Shown: one piece after another, positions 39,974 to 48,376 of the stretch
Numbering within the stretch: position 1 is the first letter of the stretch
How the letters are laid out: every line of letters begins with the position of its first letter
DNA from: Parcubacteria group bacterium GW2011_GWA2_42_14
Lineage (GTDB): Bacteria > Patescibacteriota > Minisyncoccia > Sungbacterales > GWA2-42-14
Length of the DNA stretch: 64,000 nucleotides
NCBI GenBank assembly: GCA_000998135.1
Contig: LCCV01000011.1
Coordinates: forward strand, 4,132-68,131
Direction of reading: 5' to 3'
Notes under the pieces: model-generated
What the model saw: only the letters and a program-made list of their open reading frames with translations
Database searches by the model: none
Told to the model about the DNA's origin: nothing
Position numbers and translations under genes: made by a program

Positions 39974-40705
39974 GTGTATTTAAGCTGGATTATTCCTTCC
40001 TATAACGAAGAACGCAGAATTGAAAAAACTCTTCATGAAGTTGACGCTTATTTGCGTTCTAAAAATTTTTCTGAAGGATATGAAATTATTGTTGCCAATT
40101 CCGCGTCCCGCGATAAAACTGCTGAAATAGTAGAAGGACTTATAATAGAAATTCCGCGCCTCCGCCTTTTAAATTTGGAAAACAAGGGTAAGGGTTGGGC
40201 GGTTAAAAAAGGTATGCTTGATGCCAAAGGCGATATCCGGTTGTTTTCCGATGCCGATAATTCAACCGCGCCGAATTATTTTGACGCCATGCTTCCCTTT
40301 TTTGAAAAAGGATATGACATTGTAATAAGTTCGCGTAACTCCAAAGACGTAGTCGGAGCTTCGCGCGATATCAAAGAACCGTGGTATAGAGAAATTATGG
40401 GGCGTATGGGAAATATGGTGATACAAATATTCGGAGTTTGGGGCATTCAAGATACGCAAAACGGTTTTAAGGCCATGACCGCCAAAGCCGCTAAGGATAT
40501 TTTTTCAAGGGCTTTAATGTACGACTTTTCTTTTGATATTGAGATGCTGGCTTTGGCAAAAAAAATGGGATACAAAATCGCGATTATTCCTATTCAATGG
40601 AAATTTGATCCGGATAGCAAGGTTACTTTAAAGGATTATATTCAAGTATTTCTTGATGTATTCAGGATTAGGTGGAATTTTATCACGAACAAATATGAGT
40701 TGTAG
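39974..40705 (+). CDS. GT2 glycosyltransferase (Dol-P-Glc synthase-like; GTG start)
   Basis: IIPSYNE, GKG.AV..G, DAD, DTQNGFK. Confidence 0.9.
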   Translation: MYLSWIIPSYNEERRIEKTLHEVDAYLRSKNFSEGYEIIVANSASRDKTAEIVEGLIIEIPRLRLLNLENKGKGWAVKKGMLDAKGDIRLFSDADNSTAPNYFDAMLPFFEKGYDIVISSRNSKDVVGASRDIKEPWYREIMGRMGNMVIQIFGVWGIQDTQNGFKAMTAKAAKDIFSRALMYDFSFDIEMLALAKKMGYKIAIIPIQWKFDPDSKVTLKDYIQVFLDVFRIRWNFITNKYEL

Positions 40706-40776
40706 AGATATGAGACAAGGGACATGATACAAGGAATGTAAAACTTGTCGCATGTTGCATGTCACATGTCACATGA
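40706..40776. repeat. Junction hairpin family A
   Basis: Near copy of 28030-28100; ends ...ACATGA before the GTG. Confidence 0.85.
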
Positions 40777-41811
40777 GTGAAGAATATATCCGAATTAAGA
40801 CAAGACATCGTTTTCGGCGATTGGGTTGTTATTGCCACGGGCAGGGGCAGGCGTCCTCACGATTTTGCCAAAAAAGACGGAGACCATTGGTGGAAACGAC
40901 AGAAAAAGAATTGTCCATTTGACGAACTTATTGATTCGGCTTTTTATGTTGCTTTGAAAAGCGGAGAGGTTCATAAGCTTTCTAAAAAAAATAAAACAGT
41001 TCTTGAAAAGAATTGGTTTTTACAAATTATTCCCAATAAATATCCGGCTTTTGGAAAGGGGATTTGCGCCGTGCAAAGAAAAATCGGACCTTATTTTTGG
41101 GAAGACGGCGTGGGTTTTCATGATGTTATTATTACCCGGGCTCATGAAAAATCCGTTGCTTTAATGAGTCAAAAAGAAGCTGATATTTTGATACGGGCTT
41201 ATCGCGATAGATATTTGCAGTTAAAGGATGAAGATTGTGTTGAATACGTTTCTATTTTTCATAATCACGGGCCGGAAGCAGGAGCAAGCATTGCCCATCC
41301 GCATTCGCAAGTTATCGCTATCTCGGTGGTTCCGCCGGATGTGGGAAGAAGTATTAAGGGTTCGGCGGTTTTTTATCATAAAAATAAAAAATGCGTGCAT
41401 TGCGTAATGATTGATTTTGAAAAGCGCGAAAAAATCAGGATTATTTATGAAAATGAAAAATTTGTGGTTTTCGCGCCCTTTGCTTCCCGCACTGCTTTTG
41501 AAGTTAGGGTTTTCCCCAAAAAACATTCTCCGAATTTTGAGTCCATTCATAACAGCGAAATTACTTTTTTGGCAGACGCTTTAAAAATGGCGCTGGCTAA
41601 ATTATGCAAGGGTTTGGGCAATCCTTCTTATAATTTTTTCATCCATACTTCTCCGGCGGCCAATATTGAGGCCTTAAGGCATTATCATTGGCATATAGAA
41701 ATTTTGCCTAAAACCGCGATTTGGGCCGGATTTGAACTGGGAACTGGTATTGATATTTCAAGCATAGCGCCGGAAAAAGCAGCATCCTTTTTGCGAAAAA
41801 TCAAAAATTAA
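40777..41811 (+). CDS. galT: Galactose-1-phosphate uridylyltransferase (GTG start)
   Basis: ELRQD, RRPHD, PNKYPA, GASIAHPHSQ, AGFELG. Confidence 0.92.
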   Translation: MKNISELRQDIVFGDWVVIATGRGRRPHDFAKKDGDHWWKRQKKNCPFDELIDSAFYVALKSGEVHKLSKKNKTVLEKNWFLQIIPNKYPAFGKGICAVQRKIGPYFWEDGVGFHDVIITRAHEKSVALMSQKEADILIRAYRDRYLQLKDEDCVEYVSIFHNHGPEAGASIAHPHSQVIAISVVPPDVGRSIKGSAVFYHKNKKCVHCVMIDFEKREKIRIIYENEKFVVFAPFASRTAFEVRVFPKKHSPNFESIHNSEITFLADALKMALAKLCKGLGNPSYNFFIHTSPAANIEALRHYHWHIEILPKTAIWAGFELGTGIDISSIAPEKAASFLRKIKN

Positions 41812-41912
41812 AGCGACTCCAATATACAAATAGCACTCGAATGACTCGAATAAACGAAAATATCATTCGAGACATTCGAGTGAATTAGAGTATTAGAGTC
41901 GCATAATTTACA
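41812..41912. repeat. Junction hairpin family C
   Basis: GCGACTCC...GAGTCGC. Confidence 0.8.
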
Positions 41913-42572
41913 ATGGAGTTTATTCTTGGTATTGATTTAGTTACTCTAATTAAGACGATTGGGTATCTGGGAATTTTTGGAATTGTCTTTGCGGAATCAG
42001 GGTTGTTTTTAGGTTTTTTTCTGCCCGGTGATTCTTTGCTTTTTACAGCCGGATTTTTGGCGTCCCAGGGTTTTTTTAATATTTTATTGCTGATGGCGCT
42101 TTGTTTTTTAGGGGCGGTACTGGGAGATAGTTTCGGTTATGCTTTCGGCAGAAAAACCGGGCCGGCAATTTTTAACCGGGAAGATTCTTTGTTATTTCAT
42201 AAACGGCATTTGGAAAGAGCAAAATCATTTTATGAAAAGTATGGTGGAAAAACCATAATCTTGGCAAGATTTATGCCAATCATCCGTACTTTTGCTCCGA
42301 TTCTTGCCGGAGTTGGCGAGATGCGTTATAAAACCTTTCTTTTTTACAACATAATTGGCGGAGTGATTTGGGGAGTTGGCATGCCGTTTTTAGGATATTT
42401 TTTAGGAAATGTTATTCCGGACGTTGATAAATATATTGTACCAATGGTGGTTGCGATTATTGTTCTCTCTTTTTTGCCGCCGGTGATTCATATTCTTAAA
42501 GACAAGGAACATCGTGAAGAAATAATAACTGTTTTAAAAAAGTATTTTAGGAAATCAAATATTGGCATTTAA
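41913..42572 (+). CDS. dedA: DedA family membrane protein
   Basis: FAESG, LPGDSLLF, ARF.PIIRTF. Confidence 0.93.
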   Translation: MEFILGIDLVTLIKTIGYLGIFGIVFAESGLFLGFFLPGDSLLFTAGFLASQGFFNILLLMALCFLGAVLGDSFGYAFGRKTGPAIFNREDSLLFHKRHLERAKSFYEKYGGKTIILARFMPIIRTFAPILAGVGEMRYKTFLFYNIIGGVIWGVGMPFLGYFLGNVIPDVDKYIVPMVVAIIVLSFLPPVIHILKDKEHREEIITVLKKYFRKSNIGI

Positions 42573-42662
42573 ATATCACTAATCAATCGCGAATATTCGC
42601 GAATGCCTGTGGTGAGCTCGTCGAACCATTCGCGAATAAAATTAGAGATTGATTAGAGAATA
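42573..42662. repeat. Junction hairpin family E with nested 23-nt insert
   Basis: CTAATCAATC...GATTGATTAG. Confidence 0.8.
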
Positions 42663-43442
42663 ATGGTAAAAAAAATTATAATTGCCAACTGGAAAATGAA
42701 TCCGCCAACGCTTAAGGAAGCAAAGCGGCTTTTTGATAAAGTAAAAAAAGGAATTCGCGGGGTTAAAAACACTGAAGTTATAATTTGTCCGCCCTTTCTT
42801 TATTTGTCGGAGTTAAAAGCTAAAAGCTATAAGCTAAAAGCTCAATTGGGGGCTCAAGATGTTTTTTGGCAGGCAGGCGGCCCTTTTACCGGTGAGATTT
42901 CACCAGAGATGCTTAAAGAATACGGTGTTACCCATGTTATAATTGGGCATTCGGAAAGAAAGAAATGGCTGGGTGAGACCGATGAAATGATTAATAAAAA
43001 AGTTAAAGCCGCATTAAAATATGGCTTAATTCCGGTTCTTTGCGTAGGAGAACGGGAAAGGGAGGTTCAAGGAGAAATTCCTCATATTGTTGAAGAGCAG
43101 GTGCGAGCCGCTCTGAAAGGAATTAGGAAAGGGGATTTTAAAAACGGAATAATCGCTTATGAGCCGGTTTGGGCAATAGGAACGGGCAAGGCCGAAACCC
43201 CGGATAATGCCACCAGGGCCGCGTTATATATCAGAAAGATTGTGAAGAGCGTTTTGGGAAGTAATACTGTGGAAAAAATCCGCGTAATTTACGGCGGGTC
43301 GGTTAATGCGCAAAACGCGGCATTGTTTATCGCCAAAGATATTCGCGGGATGGAAGGAATGCTGGTGGGAGGAGCAAGTTTGAAGGCAGAGGAGTTTATA
43401 CAAATTGTTAAAAATGTAGTAGAAGCGGATGGACGTAAATGA
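42663..43442 (+). CDS. tpiA: Triosephosphate isomerase
   Basis: NWKMN, GHSER, AYEPVWAIGTG, YGGSV, VGGAS. Confidence 0.97.
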   Translation: MVKKIIIANWKMNPPTLKEAKRLFDKVKKGIRGVKNTEVIICPPFLYLSELKAKSYKLKAQLGAQDVFWQAGGPFTGEISPEMLKEYGVTHVIIGHSERKKWLGETDEMINKKVKAALKYGLIPVLCVGEREREVQGEIPHIVEEQVRAALKGIRKGDFKNGIIAYEPVWAIGTGKAETPDNATRAALYIRKIVKSVLGSNTVEKIRVIYGGSVNAQNAALFIAKDIRGMEGMLVGGASLKAEEFIQIVKNVVEADGRK

Positions 43443-43499
43443 TTACGCGGATTAACGCGAAAAGAAAAAGCGGCATGAAATTTTATGCCGTTTTTATTT

Positions 43500-43709
43500 T
43501 TATGTTTTTAATTTGTTTTTGAATCTTTGCCAGAAAAATATTGCGGAAAGCGGTAGCCATATACCTATAGTTCTTGGAATATGGATAAAAGCAATATTTA
43601 CCTCTTGATGTTGAAGAAATACATAACCAACTAAACTCAGTGTAATTAAAAAACTAACTCCGAGGCTTATTAGAGAATATTTGATAATATTTTTTGCCCC
43701 TTTTTTCAA
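43500..43709 (-). CDS. Small membrane protein
   Basis: 69 aa, two hydrophobic segments, TTG start. Confidence 0.4.
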   Translation of the reverse strand: MKKGAKNIIKYSLISLGVSFLITLSLVGYVFLQHQEVNIAFIHIPRTIGIWLPLSAIFFWQRFKNKLKT

Positions 43710-43771
43710 AGAAACCTTTTTTCTTTTTGGCAGTGGTTATAACGTAATTATAGCAAAGGAGTCATTGTATA

Positions 43772-45040
43772 TCAATCATTGGAAGTATAATACCTTATTG
43801 CTAAAAGCCAGGTGCGGATGGCCTTTTGCGGAGGAAGGATAAATAAAAGATAGCGAAGTTCCACCAATTGTTTGGCAAACCAGCCGGTAAAGCCGCAGAA
43901 TTTGAAATAAACAAAGTCGGCAATGGCGTATTTTTTTCCGATAGTAAGAATAAACGGGTATTTTTTCGCTGGAGTGAATTTTTTTAGCGGTTTGCCCGTT
44001 ATTGACCGTAAAATATTTTTAGCAGCAATTCGTCCTTCGGCTTCGGCCACAGGCACATTCCAGATAAGCGGTTTTCCTGTTTTGGGGTTAATCATTGAAG
44101 AATTATCGCCGATGGCAAAAATATGGCCTTGTCCGATCGCCACAGGCGATTTAGGGCCGTTCTGTTCTTGAATTTGCAGGTATTCGTTAATTATAGTGGA
44201 ACCTTTTTGGGATAGGGGAAGCCCGAAGTTTCCAAAGATTTCTGGTCCCTTAACGCCGCCCGTCCAGATAAGCAGGTCAAAATTTTCTTTTTTGCCGTCC
44301 TTGCAAATGAAATGATCGGCGTTAACTTCAGCAATTGTTGTATTTGTTTTTATCCTAACCCCCAAATTTTCCAGGCGTTTTTTTGTTTTTTCAACAATAA
44401 CAGCATCAAAACCGGGAAGTATTTCTAGCGAGGCCTCAACCAGTAAAAAATGCGCATTGCAGACATTTTTGCCGTTGTCTATTTTTTCTTTGATGGCGCA
44501 GACGAAATTTATGAATTCGGCCACAAGTTCCACTCCGCTTGCTCCCGCCCCTCCGACTGTGATTTTTATTTCATCCTTTTTTTGAACCAGTTCTTCTATT
44601 TTGCTTCTTAACCTTGCTCCGTCGTCAAATGTTTTCAAAGGGTAGCTGTGTTCGCGAAGTCCGGGAATGTTGAAATAATTTGTTTCCGCACCCAAGGCAA
44701 AAACAAGATATTCAAATGATAAATCTCCTCCTTTTTTAAGAATAACTTTTTTTTCCTGCTCCTTTAGCCCGCTTACTTCATCGCAGATAAACGTAATTGG
44801 TTTCCTTTTTACCGCGTCGGCAACCGGTATAAGTACGGAAGATTTAAGGGGGATGTCATCGGCATATTCCATCGGAATGGCGGCAATTTCGTAGAGCGCC
44901 GGTGTATAAAGCTGATGGTGATATTTATCTATTAAAATGATTTTATATTCTTCAGATAGTCGGCCTATTTTTTTTGCCAATTTTAAAACCGCGGTAATGC
45001 CGCCGAAACCTGCCCCTAAAATTACTATGTTCTTCTTCAT
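43772..45040 (-). CDS. NAD(P)/FAD-dependent oxidoreductase (NDH-2-like)
   Basis: GAGFGG, GAGASGVE, WTGG, IFAIGD. Confidence 0.88.
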   Translation of the reverse strand: MKKNIVILGAGFGGITAVLKLAKKIGRLSEEYKIILIDKYHHQLYTPALYEIAAIPMEYADDIPLKSSVLIPVADAVKRKPITFICDEVSGLKEQEKKVILKKGGDLSFEYLVFALGAETNYFNIPGLREHSYPLKTFDDGARLRSKIEELVQKKDEIKITVGGAGASGVELVAEFINFVCAIKEKIDNGKNVCNAHFLLVEASLEILPGFDAVIVEKTKKRLENLGVRIKTNTTIAEVNADHFICKDGKKENFDLLIWTGGVKGPEIFGNFGLPLSQKGSTIINEYLQIQEQNGPKSPVAIGQGHIFAIGDNSSMINPKTGKPLIWNVPVAEAEGRIAAKNILRSITGKPLKKFTPAKKYPFILTIGKKYAIADFVYFKFCGFTGWFAKQLVELRYLLFILPPQKAIRTWLLAIRYYTSND

Positions 45041-45150
45041 AACAATGATGCCAATCTACAAATGAAATGCTAATCTATAAATTGCGAATCGGTTATTATT
45101 CGAGCCTGTCGAGAATTTTACATTAAGGTTAACTTCTCGATTTCACTCGA
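45041..45150 (-). repeat. Family D half-element with nested TCGAGAA...TTCTCGACA, ending GATTGGCATCATTGTT-ATG
   Basis: Reverse-complement homolog of 26690-26792. Confidence 0.7.
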
Positions 45151-45225
45151 AGAATATCGCCTTAGTATCCCATTTGGCCATCTATCATTATACTCAAAAA
45201 TACTATACAATGAAATGGTTGATTT

Positions 45226-46398
45226 ATGAAATTAAAAACACTTAAAGAAGCAAAAATCAAAAAAGGAATGCGCGTTTTGGTTCGCGCCGATTTCAACGAG
45301 CCGATTTCCGGCGGAAAAGTTAGTGACGATTTTCGCATAAAAACGACCTTGCCTACGATAAAATATTTGCTGAAAAAGGGTGTTAAGATTATTTTGATTT
45401 CGCATTTGGGAAGGCCCGGCGGAAAAATTGACCCGACCTTAAGTTTGGCTCCTGTGGCTAAGCGTCTTTCGCGTCTTTTGAAAAACGAAGTTAGGTTGGT
45501 TCGCGATCCGTGGAAGTTTGACTTCTTAAGTAAGTCAAATTTCTCTAAACATCGCCCAATTTTTTTATTAGAAAATATCCGGTTTTGGCCTGAAGAGGAA
45601 AAAGGTGATTTGCGGTTTGCCGGGAAATTTTCCTCTCTGGGCGATTTTTATATTAATGACGCTTTTGGCGCATCGCACAGGGCCCATGCGTCTATCAGCG
45701 GTATTCCCAAGTATTTGCCGCATGCGGCTGGATTTTTGCTGGAAAAGGAAGTAAAGTCCCTGGAAAAACTTTTGCACCATCAAGCGCGTCCATTTTTTGT
45801 GATACTCGGAGGAGCGAAAGCGTCGACAAAAGTTGAGTTGGTTAGAAAATATTTAAAAGAGGCCGACGGAGTTTTGGCGGGAGGCGCTATCGGCAATACC
45901 ATTTTGGCGGCGCACGGGTTTGAGATTGGAAAGTCGCTGGCTGATCGTATTGGCAAGCGGGAACTTAAAAAATATATTGATATTTCTAGTTTGAAACTTT
46001 TTTCCCCGCTGGATGCGGTGGTTTCGGATAAAGTCTCTGCTAACGCGCTTTCCAAAGTTGTTCACATGGGTTTGATTAGAAAGGGAGAGTACATAGTTGA
46101 TATCGGTCCGGAAACCGGCAGGTTTTTTGCTAAGGTTTTGCGCCCGGCCAAAACAATTTTATGGAACGGGCCCATGGGTGTTATTGAAATTGAAAAATTT
46201 TCTCACGGAACGTTGAATTTTGTCAAAGCAATGAAAAAAATTAAGGCGTATAAAGTGACCGGCGGGGGAGACACGATTGCTTTTTTGCAAAAACACCGGC
46301 TTATGAATGCGTTTGACCATGTTTCCACCGGCGGAGGAGCCATGATGGAGTTTTTGGCGGGAAAAAAATTGCCGGGGATTGAAGTTTTGAAAAAATAA
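45226..46398 (+). CDS. pgk: Phosphoglycerate kinase
   Basis: RADFN, SHLGRP, ENIRF, NDAFG, STGGGA. Confidence 0.97.
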   Translation: MKLKTLKEAKIKKGMRVLVRADFNEPISGGKVSDDFRIKTTLPTIKYLLKKGVKIILISHLGRPGGKIDPTLSLAPVAKRLSRLLKNEVRLVRDPWKFDFLSKSNFSKHRPIFLLENIRFWPEEEKGDLRFAGKFSSLGDFYINDAFGASHRAHASISGIPKYLPHAAGFLLEKEVKSLEKLLHHQARPFFVILGGAKASTKVELVRKYLKEADGVLAGGAIGNTILAAHGFEIGKSLADRIGKRELKKYIDISSLKLFSPLDAVVSDKVSANALSKVVHMGLIRKGEYIVDIGPETGRFFAKVLRPAKTILWNGPMGVIEIEKFSHGTLNFVKAMKKIKAYKVTGGGDTIAFLQKHRLMNAFDHVSTGGGAMMEFLAGKKLPGIEVLKK

Positions 46399-46427
46399 TA
46401 GCGCCCCCGAAGGACGCTTAAAGTTAT

Positions 46428-46583
46428 TTATTTTTTTAGAAGTTTTACTGTAACAATTGCGGCGGCAATTCCGCCAAGTACCCCGAAAGCAGTAGCTTCT
46501 ACAGGGTTTTTAAGGGCCATGACAATAGTTCCCAAGCTCCACATTACCCATATAGAAAGTAAAAACAATCCTTTTTCTGACAT
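46428..46583 (-). CDS. Small membrane protein
   Basis: Two hydrophobic segments, SD-like AAGGAG before the ATG. Confidence 0.45.
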   Translation of the reverse strand: MSEKGLFLLSIWVMWSLGTIVMALKNPVEATAFGVLGGIAAAIVTVKLLKK

Positions 46584-46627
46584 TTTATTACTCCTTAGGG
46601 TGGTTAAAGAACACATTTGTAATAAAT

Positions 46628-48367
46628 ATGAATTTATCTGTCAATGCCCCGCCTTCGCCAGATGGGCTTCGGCGGGCAAGTAAAAACTGGATTGTAAGAC
46701 CTCAAGCGTCGGAGGAGTTTTTGGCGTTGCCAACTAACAACTTACAACTAACAACTTACAACAGATTACTGCGTCAGCTTTTGTGGAACAGGGGACTAAA
46801 AACTAAAGAAGAAATTGAAAAGTTTTTAAATCCTGATTATGAAAAGCATGTTCACGACCCGTTTTTATTTAAGGGGATGGAAAAGGCGGTTTTACGCGTA
46901 ATTAAGGCGATTGATTCCAAAGAAAAAATAATTATTTTTGCCGATTATGATGCCGATGGGATTGACGGGGCGGTGGTACTTGCCGAATTTTTAAAAAAGG
47001 TTGAGGCGAATTTTGAGGTTTTTATTCCCGATAGATTTGTGGAGCAATACGGCTTATCCATGGCGCGGGTTGAAGAATTTAAGGGGCTCGGCGCCAAATT
47101 GGTTATTACGATTGATTGCGGAATAACAGATTTTAACGAAATAGAAAAAGCCAATGAATACGGAATAGACACAATTATTTTTGACCATCATATTGTTCCT
47201 CCGAAATGGCCCAATGCTTATGCCATTATTGACCACAAGCAGGAAGATGATACTTACCCGGAAAAAGTTCTTTGCGGAACCGGATTAGCATTTAAACTTG
47301 TGCAAGGGGTTTTGGCTAGAAAAAATTACGGAATTATTCCCGGCTGGGAAAAATGGCTTTTGGACTCGGTGGCCATTGCTACGGTTGCCGATATGGTGCC
47401 CTTAACAGGAGAAAACAGGGTGTTGGTGAAATATGGTATTGACGTGTTGAAAAAAATGCGGAGAGCGGGTATCCGTTCCATACTTCAGTCGCGAAATATT
47501 CAGCCTCAAGAAATTACTTCCGGAACAATTGGTTTTGTTTTGTCGCCCCGTATTAATGCCGCAAGCAGAATGGACCATGCTAATACCGCTTTTGAACTAT
47601 TGCTTACGGAAAATCAGATTGAGGCCGAATGGCTTACCAAGCGTCTGGAAGAAAAAAATACGGAGCGAAGAGGTCTGGTTGACGAAATTTTAAAAAAACT
47701 TGATGAAAAATTGGCTGGTGTTGAGTCGCCCAAATTGATTTTTGAAGGTTCGCGGGAATGGCCGGCCGGGGTCTTGGGAATTGCCGCTAACCGCCTTCTT
47801 GAAAAATATCATTGCCCGGTGTTTTTGTATTCGCGCCAACAAAATGTTGTAAAGGGCTCATGTAGGGCATCCGAGGGAGTGAATGTGGTAGAGTTGATGC
47901 GGGGCGCTGAAGATTGTTTTTCCGATTTCGGGGGGCATGCTTTTTCCGGCGGTTTTTCTTTGCTTCCGGAAAAATTGGAGGACTTGGAAAAAAGATTGCG
48001 GAAATCGCTTGATAGTTTTATTTATAAGGAAATCAGCCGCGAGGCAGATGCCGAAATTTCTCTTGACGACGTTACTCCGGAAATTTACGCGATGTTGCAA
48101 GAACTTGAGCCGTTTGGTCAAGGAAATCCTAAACCGGTATTTTTGCTTCATGACATTTTGATAAAAGAGTTGCGCCATGTCGGTTCTGATAAAACCCACG
48201 TAAAGATGAAACTTAGCGATAAAGGAATAGGAGCAATTTACTTTCGCGGTTCTCATAACGGTTTTAAAGCGGGCGACACGGTTGATATTTTAGCCGAGCT
48301 TCAGGAAAACCGCTGGAATGGTTTTACCAATATTGAGTTAAATATCGTTGATGCGGTAAAAATTTAG
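46628..48367 (+). CDS. recJ: ssDNA exonuclease RecJ
   Basis: DYDADG, IDCG, DHH, TVADMVPL, PRINAASR, FGGH, LEPFG.GN. Confidence 0.95.
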   Translation: MNLSVNAPPSPDGLRRASKNWIVRPQASEEFLALPTNNLQLTTYNRLLRQLLWNRGLKTKEEIEKFLNPDYEKHVHDPFLFKGMEKAVLRVIKAIDSKEKIIIFADYDADGIDGAVVLAEFLKKVEANFEVFIPDRFVEQYGLSMARVEEFKGLGAKLVITIDCGITDFNEIEKANEYGIDTIIFDHHIVPPKWPNAYAIIDHKQEDDTYPEKVLCGTGLAFKLVQGVLARKNYGIIPGWEKWLLDSVAIATVADMVPLTGENRVLVKYGIDVLKKMRRAGIRSILQSRNIQPQEITSGTIGFVLSPRINAASRMDHANTAFELLLTENQIEAEWLTKRLEEKNTERRGLVDEILKKLDEKLAGVESPKLIFEGSREWPAGVLGIAANRLLEKYHCPVFLYSRQQNVVKGSCRASEGVNVVELMRGAEDCFSDFGGHAFSGGFSLLPEKLEDLEKRLRKSLDSFIYKEISREADAEISLDDVTPEIYAMLQELEPFGQGNPKPVFLLHDILIKELRHVGSDKTHVKMKLSDKGIGAIYFRGSHNGFKAGDTVDILAELQENRWNGFTNIELNIVDAVKI

Positions 48368-48376
48368 AAAAAATAT

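Noticed and set aside
12976-42662. CRISPR array or intrinsic terminators as the explanation for the intergenic repeats
   Set aside because: There is no constant repeat with unique spacers and no cas genes. The hairpins are long, mismatched, AT-rich and lack U-tracts.
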